In this document: positions 14,901 through 25,636 of the stretch, piece after piece | How the letters are laid out: every line of letters starts with the position of its first letter | Position numbering within the stretch: the first letter of the stretch is position 1 | Assembly: GCA_965153455.1 (NCBI GenBank) | Contig: OZ234493.1 | Location: forward strand, 24,790,213-24,854,212 | Length of the DNA: 64,000 nt | Origin: Sphagnum compactum | Taxonomy: Eukaryota | Direction: 5' to 3' | Position numbers and translations under genes: made by a program | Notes under the pieces: model-generated | The model's database searches: none | The model's input: the letters and a program-made list of their open reading frames with translations, nothing else | What the model was told of the DNA's origin: nothing

Positions 14901-15493
14901 GGAGTCATAACCTTGTGAGAGTCACTCACAAAGTGGCAGACCATCATCATCTTCATCATGAATGGCAGTGATGAGCTGCCCCAACTACCCACTGACTTCA
15001 TCAGCTCCCAACACTGGGTATGTAGATATAAGTAGACCCAAAATCTAGGCAAAGCATTGTTATACAAAATCTGCATCCTGAGTTCCTGTCGCATTCCCAG
15101 AAGCAACAGGAAGATTCACTCATGCTGTTGGCTAGCATTCAAGAGACATAGATGATCATAAGATTGACCACCAAGACCAATGATTTCTATCACCATCTCT
15201 GCTTACAATCACTCTGAGTTCATTTACTTCTTTTGTGGATGAACTCTTCTGCAAGTCAGTCAAATCTATAAAGATCAGAAGCAGCTGCTGGACAAGTGAT
15301 CACCCAGATCAGCACAAAATGCAAGAAGGTGGTGGAGCATTGCTGTTATAATGGACATGAGGTCAATCTGTATGTGTAGATAAACAGAAGCAGGAACAAA
15401 TCAGTTGTGATCACATATGATCCCGCGGCGTACTCTCACCATCACAAGCAAAGGGATGCCAAAAAAGAAGAGGAAGAGGGAAGAAAACCGTAC

Positions 15494-15586
15494 TTCCCAG
15501 AGCAGTGTGGAAGCAAACACAGTAAAAAAGGCACCTCCCATCATCAGCACAGGACCAACGGCCAAGTTCCATCTTGCAGAAGTCAT
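15494..15586 (-). CDS. Putative first coding exon of a small spliced membrane-associated protein of unknown function
   Basis: An acceptor near 15619 precedes the ATG at 15586. The exon encodes MTSARWNLAVGPVLMMGGAFFTVFASTLLWE (one hydrophobic helix) and ends at a GTACGG donor in phase 0. Downstream exons are uncertain. Confidence 0.35.
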
Positions 15587-17556
15587 GATTGTTTTCTTCA
15601 GTCCTCGATCATTTCGCCCTATTTGCAAGCACGCTGTTATTGTTGAGCTTTTCAAAATCCTCCTTGCGGCACAAATTGACAGAAAACGAATATCATTTGC
15701 ACAGAAACATGCCACAAACGAAGAATCCAAAACGAAGCAGATGAAAACAAACTGGAGCAGAAAGATATGCGGCCAAAACAGAGCCCTTGCGACAAAACGA
15801 AACGTGGCAAACAAGATGAAGAAGAAGAAGAAGATGAGCTCCAAACCCTAGAATAGACCTCAGTCGTTGATCATGCCTATCGGACGATGAAGAGGCAGAA
15901 GATTGATTCTCAGCTTGTCATGGAGCTTTGAGAAGAAGTTTTGTTCCAGTGTTTTTAGCAATGGATTGTTCGAGCCTTCTTGCCTCATTTTACGGAAGGG
16001 GCATCCTAGACCGTGGTAGCTATACATCCAGTTGATTCAAAACTTCTTCAGCATCTTCTCATCTTGTATAATGAAATTGTAGGCTCAAATTGACGGCTCA
16101 AAACCTCTAGAGAGAGAGAAGAAAACAAAAGTATCACATTGCAATGAAGCCCAGATTGAGCGTCTGGACGTGGAATGGTTGCTGCCTGCATCTTTTGAAA
16201 TTGATACTTGTTGCTTTGACTTTTGTTCTTGGATCATAATTTGTTCAAGAGACTGTGTGCCATGTGAGGTCTTATACTTGTGTGCCTGTGTGAGTTCTCC
16301 ATTGGCCACAACACATATAATCAAACTCAGTAGACTGTTTTTCGTGATGAGCATTGTTGTAATGTGCACAACACTACTCTGCATTTCAACAAGAATTGTG
16401 TGATTCAAACTTGTGTTTCATGTGATAACAAGTAGGGAAAGAAGAATTTTGGGGTTTCAATCTCTGTGAGAGAAACAGAGACATCCAAACATCTGCCGAC
16501 AACAACAGCCAGTGAGATCATCAAACAAACATCAAGAGACAAGGACTGTAACATGTGAGACATTGGTACAAATGCACAGCAGCTGCAGCTCTGAAACCAA
16601 ATTGTTGTACCCCCTGAAATAATTGTCAATGTCAACAAGTGTACATAACTCACAAAGAAGATAGCACCTCAGGAGAGAGACATGGAAGAAGGCTTCACTC
16701 CTTGATATCCTTCAAGTATTCTAGCTCTTCAGAAAGTCATCAAGATTGCGAATCTGATTTCCAAGATTCTCAAATTGTACATCCCCAGAACATTGTGACA
16801 CACACTGCAGTGATACCACAAGCATGTGCAAAGGAGGAGGCCATGTCACAGCTCTCATCAGGCTTGAGATCTTGGGTCATTGGCTAGAAATAAAGCAATG
16901 CAGCAATTGTGTTTTTTGAGAGACATTACGAAGGGATTTGCTTTCAACTTCTTCGGCTACAGATCTTGATGTAGCAATATACTTTGGCTTGCAAGGTCTG
17001 ATCTTGGGGTGTGGTGAGGTTTGATTGTGATGGATGGAGATGCTCTCTTCTTCTCTCCAGTATGTTTCTAACAACCGAGCGTTTTTCGGCGTAGTAGACC
17101 TAGCTTTAGGAGCAAGAGGCCTTTACCTGTTGAAGAAGTCAAAGAAGTTGACTGTTCAAATTGCTCCAGACAATTGGTTTTCTTGTTGCCAAGTGCATCT
17201 TTCACAGATTTAGCTCTGCTGCTGCTAGCTTTTCGCACAGCTTTGCCTCCATGAAAAATCAGGTTCCTTAAAGTGCCTGCAGAAAAAAACATACATACCA
17301 AGTCTCAGGTTTAGGTCTTTCTAAGAAATGCTCATACTAATCCTTGGAAGAGCTTGCTGCTGCTGATGTCTGGTATATATATATGTATATCATCAGGCAG
17401 GAAATCTTTTGGAGATAAGGTGCATAATTTGCATTTCTAGAATCATGAAAAATCAGACCCAAAATTCCAATTTTCAGCTTTGGAGTCTGCATCTTCACCA
17501 TCTGGTATAGCACCTTGATGTCCCGTGCATGCCTGTTGTTAAGGTATAGTTCACAT

Positions 17557-20157
17557 CTAGTTGATGGCACATGTGAATTGCATAAGGAGCAGAAGAATGG
17601 GGTCTAACAGATTGATGAGTGGGAGGACAAGGACGAGGATGAGCACAACTCCTATCATGAATGTATTACCTGATTCAGAAGCTGATTCAGAAGCTGATGC
17701 TGCAGCAGTAACTCCTCCTGATGACGGCACATCTGCCACTGCATTGCCATTGAAGCATTTCTTGATTTGAAAACAAGCAAAATCCTTACCTGCGAAGCGC
17801 ATTATCCTGATTCCAAGAGTATGATGATTATCATCATTGTCAAAGGATTCACAACAGCTTGATTCATCCCCACCATGCCCATCCAGTGGATTGTTGGAGG
17901 AAGTGTCTTCAGTGCTCGGTAATGATTTGGAAGCTGCAAATCTCTTTGAAGAATTTTCAGCAGCAGCAGGATTACAAGCTCGTTGTTGTTCTTGAGAGAA
18001 GCTTTTTTGGTCAAAAAAATTGGTCTGAGATGCTGCTGCTGCTGCTGCTGCTGCTGTTTCCAATGTTGCTTGGCTTGCTGGTAATGGAGCTTTCCCAACT
18101 GTTGCATTCTCTGCCTCCTTGTGTCTGAGCTCTTCTTCATCAAATCCTGTCCCTTGGAACTCTTCAAGAGTTGACTTTCTACAGGCCATTTCTTGCATCA
18201 ACTTTGTTGACTTCATCTGCTCAATAATATGCCCAGAGCCCACCTCCTCAAAAAGTTTAGAAGATGGTGAGCTCGGGAAGGAAAAGAAAGAATCTGGGTC
18301 TGGATCTTGCTCCTCTTTTTCTTCTTCGTCTTCTATCTGAGCTTCACAATCCTGAATTAAATTACCACAAGTGCTGCTGCTACTGCAACAAAGATCACTG
18401 CACTCCTTCCCTGCTGATATAATTCTGATTCGTAAGCAGCTTGTTGGGCAATCCAACCAACCCTGATGAGGATTCTTAGAATCCTCACCACTTTGTGATG
18501 ATGGTAGAAGTTGTTCTCCTACATTGGCCGAAGAATCTTGTTCTCCTTCCTTGCTCCTTACTCCATGATCTGGTGCCAAATCTGCTCGCCTGCTGCATCC
18601 CAGTTTCTGAGCTACATTGCCACTGTCCACATCTTGAAGCTTCACATCATTGTTTTGTGAATTGGTTGTGAAACTTCCATCTTTTTGTTCTTCAGAGATT
18701 CTGGGCGGTGTTCTCTGAAGTTCAAGAGTGGTCCTACAATCCTCCCTGGAGGTTGTCATCCTCCTATTCCTAAGAATGTCAGGATGAGGAGGAGCATTGC
18801 AGCAGTTTGGCTGATCTTGGCTTGATTCTCTAAGAAGCTCAGCACTAGTGCAACATGGACCAGCACATCCTGGTATTGCTGAAGAAGAAGTTGCTCCTCC
18901 TCCTCCTCCTCTTCCGTCATCTTGATCAGCTTTGTAGCTTGTAGGAACTACTGCCCTTAGTTCAAACCCTGGCACACAGCTGAGGTTAGCTCCTCGTTCG
19001 TCTTCACGCTCAACTTCGCCTTGTCCCTGTTTCTTCTTCAGTGTCTGAGTTGGGGGGATTTGCAGAGGCCTTGTAGCAGCCAGGCAAGCAGCGGATTGCC
19101 GGGCTGCATTCACTACAGATGCCCACCTGCTGCTGCTGCTGCTGCATGTTGCTGGAAAACAAAATTCAAAGAGCGACTTCTGATCTGTATATTGCGCAAG
19201 CTCGTCCTCATGGTAATACATCCCGGGTTTGAAGAGATCTACAGTTCCAGGATCCGAATCCTCAGAGCTCGTCTCAGCGGCTGTAACATCGGTCTCGTCT
19301 TGTTCCTCGTCCTCCTCGTCCTCTTCCTCTTCCTCTTCCTCCCCGAGTGTAATGTCGTTCTCTTCGGGGACGCAGCTCGCCAAGGCATAACCTCCTTGCA
19401 GCTCCTGCAGCTCATCAGGCCTATTCCCTGACGAGGTCTGGAAGTTGTGCGAGCTGTCGTTCTCGTTTAGGAACAGGAACGTGTCTCGAGCCGCGGCTTT
19501 GGCAGCGGACTCGGCGTAGGATTTGGCGATGGCATCGAGACCATCATGCTGCTTCATCATAATAGCGTGTTGCTCGAAGCCTTGAGGTCGGATGAAGGGC
19601 GTGCTGAGATACGACGCGAAGGAGATCTCAGCCGGGGACTTAGTCTCGTCGGACGATGTCTTGCAGAGGATGGAGGAGAGCAGGTTAGTGAGGTGCGCGG
19701 ACAGGATATCGGAGGAATTGTTACCCACCAAGGAAGAACGTCCTTGTCCTCGTCCTCGTCGTTTACAAAACAGCGACCCCAGCTGACCCATCTCCCCCAC
19801 CTCGGCGGAGGATCGCGACGAGTCGAAGCTCAAGGTTTTGAAGAGGGAGTTGGTGGAATTACGACTGTTCCTACTGCTGCTGTAGCTCATGCGCGAGCTA
19901 CTGGCTCTCGAGTCTATATGGTAGCTGCATTCTTCTTCTTCTTCTTCTTCTTCTTCCTCCGCCTCCTCGTCTTCTTCCTGCTCAAATTCATTCAGGTGCT
20001 CCAACGCGCTCGATGCGCACAACCCCATTGCGACGCACGGAAACAACAAATCGCCCGAGGTGGGGACCCGTGTGCTGCTGCTGCTGCTGCTGCTCCTCCT
20101 CCTAGTGCTCAGCAAACCTCGAACATACAGCCACAAACCTTCACCCCATGACTGCAA
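17557..20157 (-). CDS. Large low-complexity (Ser/Glu-rich) protein of unknown function; the true start may be ATG 20028 (MGLCASS) and the 3' end may be spliced
   Basis: 866-codon open frame with poly-E, -S, -A and -G tracts. A candidate donor at 17670 (G|GTAAT) and a phase-compatible exon at 17276-17127 (GTLRNLIFHGGKAVRK...) suggest a spliced continuation. No domain recognised. Confidence 0.7.
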   Translation of the reverse strand: MQSWGEGLWLYVRGLLSTRRRSSSSSSSTRVPTSGDLLFPCVAMGLCASSALEHLNEFEQEEDEEAEEEEEEEEEECSYHIDSRASSSRMSYSSSRNSRNSTNSLFKTLSFDSSRSSAEVGEMGQLGSLFCKRRGRGQGRSSLVGNNSSDILSAHLTNLLSSILCKTSSDETKSPAEISFASYLSTPFIRPQGFEQHAIMMKQHDGLDAIAKSYAESAAKAAARDTFLFLNENDSSHNFQTSSGNRPDELQELQGGYALASCVPEENDITLGEEEEEEEDEEDEEQDETDVTAAETSSEDSDPGTVDLFKPGMYYHEDELAQYTDQKSLFEFCFPATCSSSSSRWASVVNAARQSAACLAATRPLQIPPTQTLKKKQGQGEVEREDERGANLSCVPGFELRAVVPTSYKADQDDGRGGGGGATSSSAIPGCAGPCCTSAELLRESSQDQPNCCNAPPHPDILRNRRMTTSREDCRTTLELQRTPPRISEEQKDGSFTTNSQNNDVKLQDVDSGNVAQKLGCSRRADLAPDHGVRSKEGEQDSSANVGEQLLPSSQSGEDSKNPHQGWLDCPTSCLRIRIISAGKECSDLCCSSSSTCGNLIQDCEAQIEDEEEKEEQDPDPDSFFSFPSSPSSKLFEEVGSGHIIEQMKSTKLMQEMACRKSTLEEFQGTGFDEEELRHKEAENATVGKAPLPASQATLETAAAAAAAASQTNFFDQKSFSQEQQRACNPAAAENSSKRFAASKSLPSTEDTSSNNPLDGHGGDESSCCESFDNDDNHHTLGIRIMRFAGKDFACFQIKKCFNGNAVADVPSSGGVTAAASASESASESGNTFMIGVVLILVLVLPLINLLDPILLLLMQFTCAIN

Positions 20158-23100
20158 AACGAGCTTGCTTTCTCAAACAAGGAAATAAGCTTCAAGACCA
20201 GAAGAGAGATTCACAATTCAGGTCCCAGAATACAAACAAAAAAATTCGACAAACACGGAGACAAAATCGTCATCTCCATAAACACTGTTCATCATCTTGC
20301 TTGCAACTTCTAGGGATTTGAATCAAAACCCTTCGACTTGCTTTGCTGGTCTCTCTCCAAGTCATATCCAACAAAGCCAGCCTCACACAAGTTACTGAAT
20401 GCTGATGTACTTCTCCAGCAACTAGCTCATGCATCAGGTTTGAAACTTCAAGCATGCAACAACAAGTTCCTCCTCCTCCTCCTCCTCCTCCTCCTTCTTC
20501 TTGTGCATTATTTAAAACTGGTCCAGCCCTGCACTGAGAGATTGCTGCCAATAACTCCCATTTGCAGCAAATACAAACCGATTTCAAGACATTATCTGAA
20601 ATTCTTGCTACTCATCATGTCAGCTAAAAGCCCTCCTTTCTTCTAGCGTCAGCTCAGTGCTACCTAAGCTTTGTGGTACCTGAGAGAGAGGTCCATGACA
20701 AATCCCAATTTTCCTCTTCTTCTTCTTCTTCTTCTTCTTCTAGTGTCAGTTCAGTGCTTGCTAAGTTTTGTGTACCTGAGAGAGAGGTCCATGACAAATC
20801 CCACTGCCATAAATTCTTCCAGCTTCATACATTCCAAGCTCTCTACTCCCCCCCTCCCCACCTCCCCTATTCCTTCCTTCCATCTAATCTCCACAACACA
20901 AACACTTACAGCTTCCTTTTTGTCATGAGAAACTTATCAGCAAAAACCAATCAGCATTTCATGGCTGCTGAAAAGGAAGTTGTGAAAAACTGAAACACAA
21001 GTAAAACCAAAATAAGGAAAAAAAACCAACCCAAAAAATAACTCTGGATCTTCAAAAAACTGGAGATGGTGATGAGCATGTGAGCACCAGTGGAGGAATC
21101 AAATGAGAGGAATTTGATGAGATTAAAAAAACTATGGAAAGACCAATCAATCTATCTGTCTTTGTGTTTTAGTTGAGGTTCAGATGATAGCAGCCACCAC
21201 AAGTAGCCAAACCTTTTTTACCCATGTTTTCCAATGCATGTTTTCACCATCCCACTTTCATTCTTTGTGGTAGAGTACTCATCTGCTACTACTACTGGAT
21301 TCATTATTGGATACAATTTCAATGTGGAATCTGGGATTTTTCTGAATATATGGATTGGCTCTCTTTTACCCAATGTTTGCACCATACCCCCTTTCTTTCT
21401 TTGTAGAAGCTACTATTGGATTTGTTATTGGACACAATATTTCAATGTGGAAAACGGGTTTTTTCTTTGAAATGGGTTCTCTCTCTCACATCCACAAAAA
21501 TACAAAAGAAAGAAAGAAACACCAACACCCATGACATACGAGTAGCAGCATGATTCAGGTAGGGGGTACACCAAAAGATCTATGGGTGCATTATTATTTT
21601 CCAGGTCATGATAGCAGCTGGTAAGAACTATGAACAACTTATCAGTGATGCTCGTGGTATGGTAGTACCATGTTGGGAAGGTGGTGGGTTGGTGACAAGC
21701 TTATCCTTTTAAATACATTGAAAAATGTCTACATTGCATTTTTATTATTACAAAACCAGAGGTCATAATTGTATGACAGGAAGTATAGTATTGGGTCTTT
21801 TCTGTGTGTGTGTGTGAGAGAGAGAGGCTGCACACATGCACTTAAAAGAGGTGATTTGATGCTTATGATTCCTTATTGAAAAGCCGATTTCCAAATTGTC
21901 TCTTTGGTGTCTTTGGTGTGGTGTGCTTGTGTGTGTGTGTGAGTGGTGATTGTCTATTTAGCAACTTTTTTTCAGGCCTCTGTCCTTCTGGGTTGGTGTG
22001 GATCTCTATAGAAAATTGATGGTTATGATGATGACCACATGTAGCTGGGTTCATTTTTGCAAGGACAAAGCTTGGTGAGGTGGAGAGGAGCAAAGGATTG
22101 GTTGTATAAAGAGTTTTCCTTTTTGGTTTCTTTCTAGACATTTGGGTCTTTGTCTTGTCCATTTGTCTCCATTTGTCTGATGTGGTGTTCCCTTGGCAAT
22201 CCCAAGAACTCATTCATTATCTCGAGGCCTCAATATGTGTGCATTGGGTTGGTGAAGGTTGGAAAACATTTGCTTCACAAGTGCATCCAAAAAGCTTTTC
22301 CATACAAGATTTTCTTTGAGGGCTGTGTTGTTGCATCTCTGTTTTTACCTTGAGGAGGCCCCCAAGTAGGAAAAAAATGCTTGTTTTGTGAATCTGTTCA
22401 TTATTAACATATTACAATGCTGTCAAATTTCTGGGTGGTGCACAATTATCCTAAGCTAACACCTTATACATATATGTATTCCTGGCCCTGTTCTTATACT
22501 TATACATCTTCTAATGAAGTTTGAGATAGTTGGCCTTCTTGTCCTCCTTCAAGATCCTACATGAACACTTACCAGACTGTTGGATCTAGTGAATTGCTTA
22601 AAAAAAGTCTCATACCTTCTCTTCTTTCTCCATCTTTTTGGCGCATTCTAGCTACTTTGAGCAAATGCAACAAGGTGAAAATGTAGTTGGAGATTTGGAG
22701 GCGGACAATTGCCCATGAGTGGAGAAATACAATGCAATTGAAACTTCTGGTCTTGTATGTCTAAACTCTATAAGCACTAAGAGATACTCCTAGATCATTG
22801 AAGGAACAACATCAACCCCCAAACTAAGCCTTCATTAAAACATAAAAAATGTCACATGATAAGCTTCACACGCCCTACATATCGAGCCATTATTTCCATA
22901 GAACTCATATCAAGTCTCTTTGAGCATTCAACTTCCAAACAAGTCCTAGATATATAATAACAATTCAATTTCATGCCCCTAAACCACAATAATCCTCCAC
23001 ATTTTCTAACATCTTGAATGTTGTCCATCTTGACTATCATGTTTGCAACATCAAAGCGCAAACATGGGGACACATATCTTCATCTCTAGCATAAGCTCTC

Positions 23101-23630
23101 ATAATCAATGGAGACAAAAAATCATGTCACTTGTCAAAATGATCTCTTGTGGTTTTTCAAATTTTTTGCAAGCCCCTTTTCGCTTGTAATTAATGATTTT
23201 GCAATATTAAACATTCCATAGACATGAAATTTCTTTGGAAATGGGGAAAACAAAACTATAATGGGAATAGTGAATTTAATGATGTTGTTAAGTGTAATAG
23301 GAGCTACAAGTGGCACGGTGAAAGAAAAGGAAGGCGTGGCAATGCAATGTGCAATAGGGAAATTTGTATTGCCACAACCTTTGCCAAAAAGAATCCTAAT
23401 TTAGAGAAGGTTGAAAACGTCAAACTTTGAAAAATAAAAACTCTTGTCAAAATAAAAAGAATGTTGACTTGCGAGTTTACTCCCAATACTCTGAAAATGG
23501 AACATATAAAGCACTAGTAGCAATATCCATGAATGGAATCTAAGATTTAGAAGCCATGAGGAAATGAGCAAGGGCTCTCTTGCTTTAGTGGTGTGATGCA
23601 TAGTTACAACTCTCCAAAGGGTTACCATAA

Positions 23631-23819
23631 TACCTTGGCCATTTCAACACATGTCTGTCGAACAATTAATTAATTTTGAAAAAATTCATTTCAACAAACG
23701 AAAAATTCATAAATATTCACTATTATTCTTCACAATATTTTTTGATTTGAAAGAAATAATTTTTTGAAAATTTCAACATTTCTGAAAATAATATAATTAG
23801 TGTCGAATAGGCCAAGGTA
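23631..23819. mobile_element. Small MITE with about 20-bp terminal inverted repeats and TA ends (Tc1/mariner-Stowaway-like)
   Basis: The left end TACCTTGGCCATTTCAACAC nearly matches the reverse complement (TACCTTGGCCTATTCGACAC) of the right end GTGTCGAATAGGCCAAGGTA. The interior is AT-rich. Confidence 0.7.
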
Positions 23820-24176
23820 CTAGTGTATTGTCTAATCTCTATTTAGTATTGAAGTGTCCAAAGTACATGTAAAGCACTTGCAGAAATGTTGTAGGGTATT
23901 TGAAAGCCACCTTATCTGCATGAATATTTCTCCTAGAAAAGAGGAAGGATCTTACACCTACTCCTTAAGAGAGGAAGGGATCTTGCACCGACTCCTTAAG
24001 CTGTGGAAGGGTCATTAGCAAAATGCCGGGCTGGACTTGGCCTTGATTTGGAAGATTGTGTTCCAACAAGGGTCTTCAAGGCTTAAATCTTCTTAAGTTG
24101 GGCGTGGGCATATTGTGCCATGAGTGGATGGGCTTTTATTTGGAGCTTTGAGTCATCTATGTTTTAAAGATCTGAA

Positions 24177-24688
24177 CTCCAAATGCTCGATTATACAAGT
24201 TATTCTTATTTAATTCTTACTTTGATACAACACACTCGAAATGCTTGATTATACAAAGTTACTTATTTAATTCTTACTTTGATACAACACATTCCAAATG
24301 CTTGATTATACACGTTACTTATCTAATTATTAATTTTGATACAACACATTCCAATATTGCTTGATTATATAAGTTACGTATCTAATTCTTATTTTGATAC
24401 AACTCACTCCAAATGCTTGATTATACAAGTTACTTATTTAATTCTTACTTTGATACAACACATTCCAAATGCTTGATTCTACACGTTACTTATCTAATTA
24501 TTATTTTGATACAACACATTCCAATATTGCTTGATTATACAAGTTACGTATCTAATTCTTATTTTGATACAACACACTCCAAATGCTTGATTATACAAGT
24601 TACTTATCTAATTCTTACTTTGATACAACACACTCCAAATGCTTGATTATACAAGTTAATTATCTAATTCTTACTTTGATACAACACA
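24177..24688. repeat. Minisatellite, 9 units of 56-58 bp
   Basis: The unit CTCCAAATGCTTGATTATACAAGTTACTTATCTAATTCTTACTTTGATACAACACA repeats head-to-tail with no unique spacers. Confidence 0.95.
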
Positions 24689-25580
24689 ATCTGTGTACCT
24701 CAGATGAAGAAGATACCTCGTTGGATCAAGTACACACTACACACCTTCCGATGGACATCTCAGAAGTTAATTTATGTGCAGTGCTTATTACTTTGGGATT
24801 GCCAGTGTACTACCATCTACATGTCTGCTGCAACTCTGTGTTTCTCTCTTGGAGTAAACACCTTGAAATGGTCACCTTCCGATTGTAAGTAGATAGTTCC
24901 TCTGAAGAAGTTCCATATATACCAAAACCAGGGATACTCAGATGGAGTTTGGTGGGTGGGAGAGCATTACTTGCAATATTAATTTGTGTTGATTTTTCTC
25001 TTTGAAAAATTGAGAATTCTTTTTTCTTCCACTTAGGTGCACATGTCAAGGTAACCAAGCACCATCTCCTTGCAAAGATAAGATGATTGCTCTAGGTTAG
25101 CTTTCTAAGAAAACCCATAAGCTTGACTTGGATGTTTTTAGTCACTTTTGCCATGATGCTTTTTTGTGGTATCTGTCTAGAAGGGAGGCTCGTTGTTGGG
25201 AGGCAAAATAATTGTTGCACACACAATTGCTGCTCAACAAATTAAAAATAGCAAGATTTCTATATTTGGTTTTCAATGTGTAGCTAAAAAATATAGAAGA
25301 ATGGTAAAAGATTTTGTACTTTGTATGTTGGTTTATAGCCAGATTTGGCTGAATCTTCCTAGGGACAATAGCCACTTTTTTCTACCTCTTCCTATGGATG
25401 ATGATGCTCACTTTCACTGCATTAAGAAAATCCTTTGCAAAAAACACTGTTGGCAATGGTATGTCAGATCTGTGATACAAAGTCTGGCAGGTGCATGAGA
25501 ATTGTCAGAATTTTGGGGGGTATGACTTATAAGTGCACATGAACTAATTAAATTGACAGAGCTAGCTAGCCCCCCACCCA

Positions 25581-25596
25581 AACACACACACACACA

Positions 25597-25628
<32 letters not shown>

Positions 25629-25636
25629 CTGTGTGT
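25581..25636. repeat. Compound (CA)n/(CT)n microsatellite
   Basis: ACACACAC...CTCTCTCT...GTGTGT read directly from the sequence. Confidence 0.85.

Noticed and set aside
19021-20151. Plus-strand ORFs of 136 and 201 aa
   Set aside because: Antisense shadows of the GC-rich, repeat-rich 866-codon minus-strand ORF.
24177-24688. Regularly spaced repeats resembling a CRISPR array
   Set aside because: The units are head-to-tail with no unique spacers, there are no cas genes, and the context is eukaryotic. It is a minisatellite.
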